Counted from the first letter of the stretch, positions 1 through 9,269 are shown. The stretch: 54,733 nt of DNA from an uncultured Planctomycetia bacterium (GCA_964606115.1 CAZSFH010000001.1:1-54733), one strand, 5' to 3'. Made by a program: numbers and translations. The notes: generated by a model from the letters alone, not told the origin.

Positions 1-193
1 TGCAACTTAACGTTGCATTATCTTTCATCAAGGGGTTGCTTCCTCGAAAATCCTTACAGCCACCCGCACGTAGTGCGTTGGAGGAAATGAATGCCTTAAT
101 GGCATTCATTCCTTCAACACGAAGAACTGAGGATCCGAATTTCTCGCGTTGTCATGCTAAAAACCTCATATCACCCGGAAGGAACTACCACCG

Positions 194-2440
194 ATGAGCA
201 TATTTAACCGGGCGGAGATAGTTCACGAGAACTTTATGAACCACCTGCGGAACCGATCCGCGCCGAACGTTTTTTCTCCAGGTCCCACTCAGGCGGTCGA
301 TCAGGAAACCGATCTTACCTGGGCGCGGGCCCGGCAGATGTTTGAGAGTCAGCTGGCGAGTCGGCAGGTGGATATCGTGGCGCGGGAGATGAAAGAGGAA
401 GGAACCGGGTACTATACCATCTCGTCCGCCGGTCACGAAGGCAACGCGGTGTTTGCGGAGGTTCTTCGGCACGACGATCCGGCGATCGTTCATTATCGAT
501 CGGGTGCGTTCATGCTTCACCGGGTGTTTCATCACCTTGGGGAACGTCCGCTGTACGACTTGATGCTTTCGATCACGGTGTCAGCTGAGGATCCGGTCAG
601 CGGGGGGCGGCACAAAATATTCGGTGATCCCGATACGTTCGTGCCGCCGCAGACCTCGACGATCGCTTCCCATCTGCCCCGTTCGGTGGGCATGGCGTTT
701 TCCATCGATCATGCCGGACGGATGGAGGCCGATATCGACGTCCCCGACGACGCCATCGTGGCCTGCTCGTTCGGGGACGCCTCGGTGAACCATTCCGTGT
801 TTCAGGGGGCGCTTAATTCCACTCTTTGGGCTGGGAGGAAATCTCTTCCGGTCCCCGTTCTCTTGATCTGTGAGGACAACGGCTGGGGGATTTCCGTTCC
901 GACGCCGGATGGATGGATCGAACAGCAAATGAAGAGTCGACCGGGGTTGACGTATGTTTCCTGCGATGGTCGGGATCTGCGGGACACCTATGAAACCGCA
1001 CGGGAGGCCGTATCCTACGTACGGTCCGAACGTAAGCCGGTGTTTTTGCACATGAAGACCGTCCGATTGCTCGGCCACTCCGGCGCGGACCTGGAGCTGG
1101 AGTATCGGAGCAAAGAAGCGGTGGAACGGACCGAAGAACAGGATCCGCTTCTCGCCGTCTCGGACTGGTTGATTGAAAACGGTGTGCTCACCCCCGAGGA
1201 GATTCTGGACCTCTACCGGGAAACCGGAAAACGGGTTCGGGAACTCGGTGAGAAGGCGGCGGAGACCCCTCACCTTTCGTCGGCGGACGAGGTTATGGAG
1301 CCGCTGGCTTCATTTTCCGCGGACGACGTGAAGCGGGAGGCGGACCGGTTCGATTACGAGGAGCGAAGGCGTGAGCTGTTTGGCGATCAGGAGAAGCTAC
1401 CGGAGAACCGTGATCCGAATCGGCCTCTTGCGACCCAGTTGAACCGTGGCCTCTGCGACCTGCTCGCGAAATATCCGGACATGACGGTCTTTGGCGAGGA
1501 CGTGGGACGGAAAGGGGGGGTCTACGGCGTGACGCAGAAACTGCAGGAGCGGGCCGGGAGCGATCGGGTCTTTGACACGATGCTGGACGAGACCACGATT
1601 CTGGGACTCGCACTTGGTATGAGTATCCACGGCCTGCTGCCGGTCCCCGAAGTCCAGTACCTTGCTTACGTGTACAACGCGTACGATCAACTCCGGGGGG
1701 AGGCAGGGTCCCAATCCTTCTTCTCAAGCGGGCAGTTTACCAATGGGCTGGTGGTTCGGATCGCTTCGTTCGGCTATCAGGAGGGGTTCGGGGGCCATTT
1801 TCATAATGACAACGGGTTCGCGGCGCTTCGTGAAATTCCCGGGATCGTGATTGCCGTGCCGTCCCGTGGAGACGATGCGGTGGAGATGCTTCGGACGTGC
1901 ACGGCCATGGCCCGCGTCGACGGTCGGGTCGTGCTGTTTCTTGAGCCGATCGCCTTATATCATCGGAAGGATCTCCACGAGGAGGGGGACGGAAAATGGA
2001 ACTGCTCGTTTCCCGAGCCGGGAACGTCTACTGCGCCCGGGGAACCTCGAGTGTACCGGGAAGGCGATGGCCGTGATCTTACGATTCTGACATACGGCAA
2101 TGGCGTTCCGATGTCACTGAACACGGCACGCCGGCTCCGGGACCGGGACGGGATCGGAACGCGGATTGTGGATCTCCGCTGGCTTGCTCCTCTAAATCGG
2201 GAGGTGCTTGTGAAAGAAGCGAGTAACGATCAACCACTTCTGATCGTCGACGAAGCCCGGCGAACCGGTGGTCCGTCCGAACAGATCATGTCCATCCTGG
2301 TCGAAGAGCAGCTTTCGAACAACACAGTTCGTGTGGCGTCGGAGGATTGTTACGTTCCCACCGGGCCCGCTTCCGATGAAATTCTGGTGACGGAAGAACA
2401 GATCGAGCGTGTTGCGGAAGAGCTTCTACGAAGCGGCTGA
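194..2440 (+). CDS. TPP-dependent 2-oxoacid dehydrogenase E1 component, fused alpha/beta subunits (branched-chain keto-acid dehydrogenase type)
   Basis: 748-aa ORF. The N-terminal half has an E1-alpha TPP-binding region (GDASVNHSVFQGALN). The C-terminal half is E1-beta-like (TVFGEDVGRKGGVYGVTQKL, transketolase-like C-terminus). Confidence 0.85.
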   Translation: MSIFNRAEIVHENFMNHLRNRSAPNVFSPGPTQAVDQETDLTWARARQMFESQLASRQVDIVAREMKEEGTGYYTISSAGHEGNAVFAEVLRHDDPAIVHYRSGAFMLHRVFHHLGERPLYDLMLSITVSAEDPVSGGRHKIFGDPDTFVPPQTSTIASHLPRSVGMAFSIDHAGRMEADIDVPDDAIVACSFGDASVNHSVFQGALNSTLWAGRKSLPVPVLLICEDNGWGISVPTPDGWIEQQMKSRPGLTYVSCDGRDLRDTYETAREAVSYVRSERKPVFLHMKTVRLLGHSGADLELEYRSKEAVERTEEQDPLLAVSDWLIENGVLTPEEILDLYRETGKRVRELGEKAAETPHLSSADEVMEPLASFSADDVKREADRFDYEERRRELFGDQEKLPENRDPNRPLATQLNRGLCDLLAKYPDMTVFGEDVGRKGGVYGVTQKLQERAGSDRVFDTMLDETTILGLALGMSIHGLLPVPEVQYLAYVYNAYDQLRGEAGSQSFFSSGQFTNGLVVRIASFGYQEGFGGHFHNDNGFAALREIPGIVIAVPSRGDDAVEMLRTCTAMARVDGRVVLFLEPIALYHRKDLHEEGDGKWNCSFPEPGTSTAPGEPRVYREGDGRDLTILTYGNGVPMSLNTARRLRDRDGIGTRIVDLRWLAPLNREVLVKEASNDQPLLIVDEARRTGGPSEQIMSILVEEQLSNNTVRVASEDCYVPTGPASDEILVTEEQIERVAEELLRSG

Positions 2441-2800
2441 AAAAAACCTCGCCACCTCAGCATCGTTATTTCGGTGAACGTCACGGATCTTTTGAAACAA
2501 TGCCGAAGAAGGGGATTGCTCATGAAAATGACATGGTGAGTCCTTCGAGGACTCCGTCATTCAGTTGAAATAGAGATCCCCATGTTCGGGTTCTTCGTGG
2601 ACGGGCCGTTTGCGGTGTCACTTCTTCCCCGGAGCCCGCTTTGGGGCTTCTTCATCGAACAAGCTTGCACGAGGATCATTTGCGAAGAAGAAAGAGTGCG
2701 GATTTCTCCCGTTGTTATGATAGGAGAAGAATTTTTATCGTACCCTCGAATATCGTAAAATCAACGTTGCGCTGGAGATAATCTTCGGTGATCAGCTGGA

Positions 2801-3649
2801 TTGCGTCATGTAATGAGGGGACATTCCACCCGCGGATTCGAGATGTTCCTGGACGAGACGTCGGACGAAAAACACTCGAAGCCTCCCACAAATCATTCTG
2901 GAACCTTTTCCACCGGGGTGGTGGTTCTGCTGGCGAGCCTGTTTCTCATTACGACCTACGGGAAAGCTCATTTCCAATGGAGCGTAGGACGAGCGGTTGG
3001 ACTCCGGACGAATGAAGTCCTGTTCGATTACGAGTACTGGCGTTTTTTCTCCTACATGTGGTTCCACGATTCCCTGTTTTTGCTGGTGGCCTGTCTGACC
3101 GGGCTCTATTTTCTCGGGCCGCCGGTGGAGCGGGAATGGGGGGGGACTGCTTTTTGTTCGTTTCTCTTCTTCTGTTCTTTTGTGGCCGGACTGGCGTCGT
3201 TCCTGTTTGCCGCTCCGGAGACCGGTTTGCTTGGAGTGACGGGTGCAGTGCTCGGCCTGTGCGCCGCCAATCTGATGCTCTGTCCCGACCGCACTCTTCT
3301 CAACCTGGTTCCGGCCCGGTACGGGATCTGGGCGGCCGGGGCTCTGGTTCTCCTGATTCATTATTACGTGGGCCGTTCCGGGGGGGATCCGACCGCGGCG
3401 TTTTCTCAGGTTGCTGGAGCTCTTGCGGGCTGGATCTGGATCGTTATGATTCCGGTTGTGGAAGGATGGTGGGAACGCTGGCGGGCGTACCGTCGCCGGC
3501 AGCGCCGGAAAGAACGGGCACGTATGCGGCGAAATGTCGAAAAGCTGCTTGAAAAAATTTCCGATGAAGGAATGGATTCGCTCACCGCTCGAGAGAAAGA
3601 GACCCTGCGAAGGGCGAGCGAGATTTTTGACGACGTGAGAGATTGGTGA
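2801..3649 (+). CDS. Rhomboid-family membrane protein, predicted catalytically inactive, with a basic/helical C-terminal tail
   Basis: Six predicted TM segments. Rhomboid TM2 signature YWRFFSYMWFH...YFLGPPVEREWG. The GxSG position reads GVTG and the TM6 AHxxGxxxG position reads SQVAGALAG. Confidence 0.7.
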   Translation: MRHVMRGHSTRGFEMFLDETSDEKHSKPPTNHSGTFSTGVVVLLASLFLITTYGKAHFQWSVGRAVGLRTNEVLFDYEYWRFFSYMWFHDSLFLLVACLTGLYFLGPPVEREWGGTAFCSFLFFCSFVAGLASFLFAAPETGLLGVTGAVLGLCAANLMLCPDRTLLNLVPARYGIWAAGALVLLIHYYVGRSGGDPTAAFSQVAGALAGWIWIVMIPVVEGWWERWRAYRRRQRRKERARMRRNVEKLLEKISDEGMDSLTAREKETLRRASEIFDDVRDW

Positions 3650-3810
3650 TGGGTGTTCGCTAACGAAGTGAGGAGGTCCAGCAGTTTCCCGGATCGGTTG
3701 GTCCTTTTGTTTGGTTGGAGCTCGGGCATGATGTTTTTCGTTCAGGCGTTTTCGAAGGGAGGGGCTTCGTGTGGGAAACACGTGATGACAGACCTGAATC
3801 CCCGGTCCGA

Positions 3811-4914
3811 CTATGTCTGAGTTGAGGAAGGGGGGATCATGGAAGCGGCCTGTTGACCCACCCACATGGATGCTGTAATCCCGTGGCCTTCAAGTCCCGC
3901 CACCCAGTATAATTTGTTTCGATCCGGATCTTCGGAGATGAAAGGAATACGGTCCGGAGCGCGGGTGCGGTGACAAAACCAGTAATCAGCAACGGTAATA
4001 TCGGCGAACTGTGGATAATGCTTCTGAAGCTCACGTTTCAGCATCGAGGGCGGATCTTCGACGTCCGGTGGTGTTCCCGGAGGGACCCGGTGATTGTCAC
4101 AGACGCTGAGAAGGGTGCGATTTTCATAATGCCGGAAGTAAATGTTGTGGACTGCGTCCCAGTAGAAGCCGGTTTCAGGGGGAAGGAGATTCTCGTCCGC
4201 CACGAACAGGTAACGTGCATAAGGGACAAGCTGTTTAGATTCGGCCCCAAAAAGAGAACCCACCTGTTCCGCCCAGGCCCCCGCAGCGTTCACCACGTAG
4301 TTTGCCCGGTAGGTGGAATTCTCCGTGTCGATACGCCAGGAGGAGGAGTTCCGGGATACGTCCTGAACCTTTTCCTGGAACCGGACCGGAATACCTTTTC
4401 TTGACAGTTCTCGTTGAAGCGCCTCGAGCAGCCGGTCGGAATCAATCAGACCGTCTTTTTCAAATGCTTGCCAGGACGCACCGGATGGGACGTTGGAGGG
4501 TTTCAGGGAGGCGGGCACCGACGACGGATCTCGTTCATGCCGTCCCCCCCAGGGTTTCGGGTCCTGGTTGAGGGATTCCGCTTTATCCTCCGGAAAAAGA
4601 AACAGGGATTCACAGTCCGTCAGGAATGAATTCTTCGATTCATCGTCGAACGCCCGGAGACGGTGAACTCCGGAAGCGATGTTTTGCCGCATCGTCTGAA
4701 CCGGGTGGAAGTGATGGATCATCCCGGAATTTTTACTGGAGGCATGTGGACCCAGGTCGGGTTCTTTCTCAAGCACCACGACCGGAGCTTTGCGGTTTTC
4801 GGGCGGATTGAGATGATGGGCCGTGGAGAGTCCGGCCACGCCCGATCCAATAATGAGAATGTTCGTTTGCTTCATGGTCTGCGGCGTTCCGGTGAGAGAG
4901 GAAACAGGAAACAC
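3811..4914 (-). CDS. FAD-dependent oxidoreductase (DAO/glycine-oxidase-like family)
   Basis: N-terminal Rossmann dinucleotide motif ILIIGSGVAGLSTAHHL. 367 aa, a typical length for the DAO family. Confidence 0.7.
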   Translation of the reverse strand: MFPVSSLTGTPQTMKQTNILIIGSGVAGLSTAHHLNPPENRKAPVVVLEKEPDLGPHASSKNSGMIHHFHPVQTMRQNIASGVHRLRAFDDESKNSFLTDCESLFLFPEDKAESLNQDPKPWGGRHERDPSSVPASLKPSNVPSGASWQAFEKDGLIDSDRLLEALQRELSRKGIPVRFQEKVQDVSRNSSSWRIDTENSTYRANYVVNAAGAWAEQVGSLFGAESKQLVPYARYLFVADENLLPPETGFYWDAVHNIYFRHYENRTLLSVCDNHRVPPGTPPDVEDPPSMLKRELQKHYPQFADITVADYWFCHRTRAPDRIPFISEDPDRNKLYWVAGLEGHGITASMWVGQQAASMIPPSSTQT

Positions 4915-4998
4915 GTTAGAAGGTAATACATGTTAACGACGGTTTCAATTTGCTTATAATAAGGATTCTCCAGCAGGATGACGCGTTATTAGAGGGTT

Positions 4999-5901
4999 TT
5001 GTCGATGGCGGAAGCAATAACGACCGGTTCGATTCGGCTTGATCACATACTTGGTGGGGAAGGGGTCCCCTCGGGGACCATTGTAGAGGTATTCGGAGGC
5101 CCCGACGCCGGGAAATCCTCGTTTGCGCTTCAGCTTGTACATTCGGTTCAATCCAGGTCGGACGGTGGGGAAGCGGTGTATATCGATACGGAACACGCCC
5201 TGGATCCCGGCTATGCAGATCGGATCGGAGTGGATCTTGATTCCCTGGTTTTTTCTCAGCCGGATTCCGGGGAGCAGGCCCTCGATATCGCGAGGAAAAT
5301 GGCGGAATCGGGGGCGGTCAAGCTGATCGTCATCGACTCCGCGGCGGCTCTTGTTCCGGAAAAGGAGCGGGAAGAACGCTTCGACGAGGATCGCGACATG
5401 CGTCAATCAAAGTTGCTCGCACGGGGGCTTCGCCGGCTTGCTCCTCGAATCGAACAGGCCGGTGCCGTGTTACTGTTTACCAATCAGCTCCGAACGCGTG
5501 TTGACGCGAGCTTCGGGCCGGATGAAACGACCCCGGGTGGAAACGCACTTAAATTTTACACCTCCATTCGGATTCGGATGGATCCGGAGGAGCCGATTGA
5601 GAAGGGCGGTCAAATGGCCGGTACGCGGGTACGGATACAGGTGGTGAAGAACCGGACCGCTCCGCCGAACAGAAGTGTCGTTGTGGATTTATTGTATGAC
5701 CGTGGAATTTGTCCGTACGGTGATCTGCTGGATGCCGGTCTCCAGGAAAAGATCGTTCAGTCTGATCCCTCTTGGACGTTCCGGGGTGAACAACTCGGAA
5801 CATCCCGGGAGGAGGTTCGTCGACGCCTCGAATCATCGGACGATCTCCGGACGGCGCTGAGGGAGGAGGTGGTGAAAGCGTATTCGCAGGTCGAGGATTG
5901 A
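4999..5901 (+). CDS. RecA-family recombinase homologue, N-terminally short and divergent
   Basis: Collinear with the RecA core and C-terminal domain: TGSIRLDHILG, GGPDAGKS (Walker A), DTEHALDPGYADRIGVD, SQPDSGEQALDI, LIVIDSAAAL, TPGGNALKFYTSIRI. TTG start at 4999; in-frame TAG at 4990-4992. Confidence 0.8.
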   Translation: MSMAEAITTGSIRLDHILGGEGVPSGTIVEVFGGPDAGKSSFALQLVHSVQSRSDGGEAVYIDTEHALDPGYADRIGVDLDSLVFSQPDSGEQALDIARKMAESGAVKLIVIDSAAALVPEKEREERFDEDRDMRQSKLLARGLRRLAPRIEQAGAVLLFTNQLRTRVDASFGPDETTPGGNALKFYTSIRIRMDPEEPIEKGGQMAGTRVRIQVVKNRTAPPNRSVVVDLLYDRGICPYGDLLDAGLQEKIVQSDPSWTFRGEQLGTSREEVRRRLESSDDLRTALREEVVKAYSQVED

Positions 5902-5992
5902 TAAGCCTCCTAGCTTAGTCAGATCTTCCTCGACGATGCACGGACGGCATCGCCACCGGCGGACTCCGCGCTCTTCGACGTAACTCGTTTCG

Positions 5993-6023
5993 CTGACGTG
6001 GCGGGGGTTTTCAGTACTCTCCT
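5993..6023 (-). repeat. Short repeat AGGAGAGTACTGAAAACCCCCGCCACGTCAG, related to 54631-54662
   Basis: About 25/31 identical with one indel to AGGAGGCTGCTGAAAAACCCCCGCTTCGTCAG. Both lie in the sense-strand 3' flank of a gene. Confidence 0.55.
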
Positions 6024-6049
6024 GGCGCCGTGAGAAGAGGGATGAACGA

Positions 6050-6691
6050 TCAATCCAGAGGTTCGGGCTCCGGCCAGCTGTTTTCAACGCGTTCGATGAT
6101 AATCGGGCAGGCATCACTGAGGTTCTGGAGGAGCGGTTTCAATCGGTTTCCGGCCAGCGTGGAAAGCTCTTCAAGTTGTTCATCTTTGATGATTTCCTCG
6201 ACGTCGTTGATGATCCGTCGTAGTTGATGAGCGAGGTCCTCGACCGAGGTGTCGTTCACCGTGACCCCGTCCAGGTCGATTTCGGACAGAAGCAGAATAT
6301 GATTGATCGTGTCAATATATTGATGGAGGTGGGACATAACGGCCTGGAGGTGTTTGAATCCGTCTTTTTTCTCCCCTCTCCCGAGTTTTTCGATGGTTTC
6401 GTCGGTAAACTTGAGGAGTTCGTCGAACTGCGGCTGCAGTTCATCCAGGGTCTCCCGGCTCATCTCCCGGGGAGAAACCAGCTGAACATCAAGCTTATCA
6501 AATTCGTTGATGGGTTCGTCCCCAATCTGTTTTTTCCATTCCGGCCAGGCTTCCTCGCCGTCCAGTTCGAAACTCTGGACCCGGTAACCGTTCGACTGGA
6601 CCTGTTCGTCAATCGATTCCAGCGTATCAGCCAGGGTATCCGAAGGGTCGGTATCGACCGGATTTTCGTGTCCGTCGACGGTGATCTGCAT
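6050..6691 (-). CDS. Hypothetical acidic protein
   Basis: 213-aa ORF, strongly D/E-rich, no recognised motif. Coding-like composition compared with the opposite-strand ORF. Confidence 0.5.
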   Translation of the reverse strand: MQITVDGHENPVDTDPSDTLADTLESIDEQVQSNGYRVQSFELDGEEAWPEWKKQIGDEPINEFDKLDVQLVSPREMSRETLDELQPQFDELLKFTDETIEKLGRGEKKDGFKHLQAVMSHLHQYIDTINHILLLSEIDLDGVTVNDTSVEDLAHQLRRIINDVEEIIKDEQLEELSTLAGNRLKPLLQNLSDACPIIIERVENSWPEPEPLD

Positions 6692-6723
6692 GGTTGGAAG
6701 GAGGATTCCTGAAAACGGTCGCA

Positions 6724-6764
6724 GCGAAAATTCAGTTATACCGGGTTACGGCTGAATTTTTCGC
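6724..6764 (-). other. 12-bp stem-loop spanning the stop codon of the TPR gene
   Basis: GCGAAAATTCAG (6724-6735) pairs with CTGAATTTTTCGC (6752-6764) with a 1-nt bulge and a 16-nt loop. It lies between two co-directional minus-strand genes. Confidence 0.45.
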
Positions 6765-7954
6765 TTCAGTTTTTGAGCCTTTTCGCGAAACTGGGTGTTC
6801 GGATAATTCTGAAGGAGCGTGTTCACAATTTTGCGTGCCTCCTTCTGGTATTTCGATTTCTTTTCCGCTTTCGTTTCATTCAGGGAAAGTTCGGCGAATG
6901 ATTTTGCTGCCCAGTAGAGCGAACGCTGTGTTTCGGTCGAATCGCCGCCGGATTCCGGTGTGTACTGAATGACGCCCCGGAGGAAATGAAGGAGGGCCTC
7001 TTTGAGGATTTTCACATTTTTCTTTTTGGCTTCTTCGCTTTCCGCGTTCTTTTTGTATTCCGTCTGAAACAGGATTCGTCCGAGACCATTATGAGCACCG
7101 GCTCGCGCCGATTTGGTGAGCCCCTTCTGGGATCCGGACAGAATCGATTCGTACTGGGTCCGGGCCCGGGTGAGGTCTCCGTTTTCCATGTGGCAATTCC
7201 CCAAACCGAGTCGTGCTTTGTTTTCGATGGCCGGGTCTTCGCTATCCGTGGCATCCTTAAACTGATCCATTGCCTCCTCACAGTCTCCCTGGTCCGCGGC
7301 GATCTTTCCCCGTAAATAAGCAGCCTGAGATTCCGCCCGGTCCCCTCCTCGCTTGACCATTTCATTCACTTTTTCGAGTGCTTTCTGTTTTTGACCGAGA
7401 TCCATGGCAATGGAAATGGCCTGTTTCATCGCATCCGTCCAGTCTCGATAACGGGGAAACCGTTTCGTTGCTTCGTCAAGAGCCTTGAACGCTTGCTCAT
7501 ACTGTTCTCTTGAACTCGCGTGGTGATAAAGGATTTTTCCTTTCAGATAGGCGGCTTTCTGGATGAACAGCGATCGGGCTTTGCCCTTTTTCATCATTTG
7601 ATCCAGCAGCTTAACGGCCTGTGAGAGATTTTTTCGCTCCCGGTATAGCTTCTGAGCCCGCGAATAAGGATCGGGTACGTTACCATACTTGATGCGATTC
7701 ACCTTGCTCCAATCATATTCTTTGGTGTCGAGGGGGTTCCCCTGGCTGTCCACCCGCTGCCAGATAAGTTTGTTGGGCGTCTCCTTCCGGACGATGCCAT
7801 TTTTTGGACTGCTTTCGCCTTTCAGGTAGAGCTGATCTTTGGCCTCAGCCCCTGCGATTCCGGCGAAAATGAAGATGAAACAAAGGGCGAGGGCAAAACA
7901 GTTAAGATGATGCGTTCTGGCTGTGAACATAGGAGTTACGGGTATTGAAGTCAT
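6746..7954 (-). CDS. Secreted TPR-repeat protein
   Basis: N-terminal hydrophobic signal-like segment (CFALALCFIFIFAGIAGAEA) followed by repeated TPR-like helices. The start may be the internal Met at 7930. Confidence 0.7.
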   Translation of the reverse strand: MTSIPVTPMFTARTHHLNCFALALCFIFIFAGIAGAEAKDQLYLKGESSPKNGIVRKETPNKLIWQRVDSQGNPLDTKEYDWSKVNRIKYGNVPDPYSRAQKLYRERKNLSQAVKLLDQMMKKGKARSLFIQKAAYLKGKILYHHASSREQYEQAFKALDEATKRFPRYRDWTDAMKQAISIAMDLGQKQKALEKVNEMVKRGGDRAESQAAYLRGKIAADQGDCEEAMDQFKDATDSEDPAIENKARLGLGNCHMENGDLTRARTQYESILSGSQKGLTKSARAGAHNGLGRILFQTEYKKNAESEEAKKKNVKILKEALLHFLRGVIQYTPESGGDSTETQRSLYWAAKSFAELSLNETKAEKKSKYQKEARKIVNTLLQNYPNTQFREKAQKLKRKIQP

Positions 7955-8254
7955 TTCTCGTCGAGGAGAGCCGCGGGGTGTTCATCAAAACGGCATTCTT
8001 CAAAACGTTTCTCCAGCCGTTTCGTTCAATAGATGACGGATGATGTTTTCATTCATCCCCCACGTATTACGCGACTCTATGCTAACGAAAAGAAGAACAG
8101 AGATCAAGATTGATGGAATTGTCACGGTTCTCAGAAATGAAATCCATTTACAGATCGAGTAGTATAATGGCCATGACCCACTGTCAGGACGCTGTGTCGA
8201 TGTGATTTCATTTGGTTCTGTATCCGGTAGGATCACTCATATTGGGGATTGAAC

Positions 8255-9184
8255 ATGATCGAATCCAAAGCATCATCGTTTCCGAGCGTTGTCGTTCCGG
8301 CGAGTACCTCCAATCTCGGTCCCGGGTTTGACTGTTTGGGTGCGGCCGTCGATCTGTTTCTTCGGGTCCGTACCGCTCCCACGGATCGGGAGAACGGTGT
8401 TCGGCTTGAGTATCAGGACGGGAGGGGACCGGACGTCGAGCCGGAGGAAGACCTTCTCTATAAAGGGCTGAAACAAGTTCTCCGGAAAGAGGACGCGAAG
8501 GAGCCCAGCTGGATCCTGAACGTGGAATCGAATATTCCGACAAGCGGAGGGCTCGGTTCCAGCGCGGCCGCCTCAGCGGCCGGGCTTGCTCTCGGCGCGC
8601 ACATCGCGGGTATCGAGCCGGAGGACGATTGGCTCTTTGAAGAAGGATTTCGTCTGGAAGGGCACCCGGACAACATCGCGCCGTCGGTATACGGGGGCAT
8701 CACGATTTCGTACGTCACCCAAAACGGGCCGGGGACGGTGCGGATTGCTCCGGAGTTCCCCGCTGAACTGATCCTGATTCGCTCCGATGTTCAGGTAGAA
8801 ACCCGTGAAGCCCGGGAGCGACTTCCGGGAACGGTGGATCACGAAGATGCCGTATTCAATCTCACCCGTACTGCTTTGCTGGTTCATGCACTTGAAAATG
8901 GTCGGTTGGATCTTCTTCAGGAGGCTATTCAGGATCGGATTCATCAACCCTACCGGGCGAAATTAATTCCCGGTGGAGGCGAAGCACTGAAGGCCGGCTA
9001 TGAGGCGGGAGCGCTTGGCATCTGGATTTCCGGAGCCGGTCCGACGATCGCCTGTCTCGTCAAGGATGGAGATCGGACCCCGGTACGGACCGCCGCGGAG
9101 AAGCTACGTGAGAACGGACACGAGATCAGGGTACAAACGGTCAATTCCGATTCGCGAGGCCTTCGTGTGTCGACAGCGGATTGA
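8255..9184 (+). CDS. thrB: Homoserine kinase
   Basis: GHMP kinase motifs: VPASTSNLGPGFDCLG and PTSGGLGSSAAASAAG. ATG at 8255 follows a GGGGA; TTG at 8249 is an alternative start. Confidence 0.9.
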   Translation: MIESKASSFPSVVVPASTSNLGPGFDCLGAAVDLFLRVRTAPTDRENGVRLEYQDGRGPDVEPEEDLLYKGLKQVLRKEDAKEPSWILNVESNIPTSGGLGSSAAASAAGLALGAHIAGIEPEDDWLFEEGFRLEGHPDNIAPSVYGGITISYVTQNGPGTVRIAPEFPAELILIRSDVQVETREARERLPGTVDHEDAVFNLTRTALLVHALENGRLDLLQEAIQDRIHQPYRAKLIPGGGEALKAGYEAGALGIWISGAGPTIACLVKDGDRTPVRTAAEKLRENGHEIRVQTVNSDSRGLRVSTAD

Positions 9185-9239
9185 TGACCGGTTTCGGCCT
9201 CAGCAATGACGGCCCGGGGTCCTGGTCATTTGTATCAAA

Positions 9240-9257
9240 CTTTTCAGATCCGGTCTA
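9240..9257 (-). repeat. Motif copy TAGACCGGATCTGAAAAG
   Basis: Read on the minus strand, 16 nt downstream of the TerC stop. The 17-mer 9241-9257 is identical to 27501-27517. Confidence 0.7.
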
Positions 9258-9269
9258 TTTAGACCGGGT
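9248..9269. terminator. Hairpin between convergent thrB and TerC (possible bidirectional terminator)
   Basis: The CCGGTCT (9250-9256) / AGACCGG (9261-9267) perfect 7-bp stem extends to ~9 bp with a 4-nt loop. It is followed by TCTTTCTATT on the plus strand. There is no clean U-run on the minus strand. Confidence 0.4.

Noticed and set aside
8000-8236. 78-aa ORF in the TPR-thrB intergenic region.
   Set aside because: No RBS and no family motif. It is probably a chance ORF in a promoter region.
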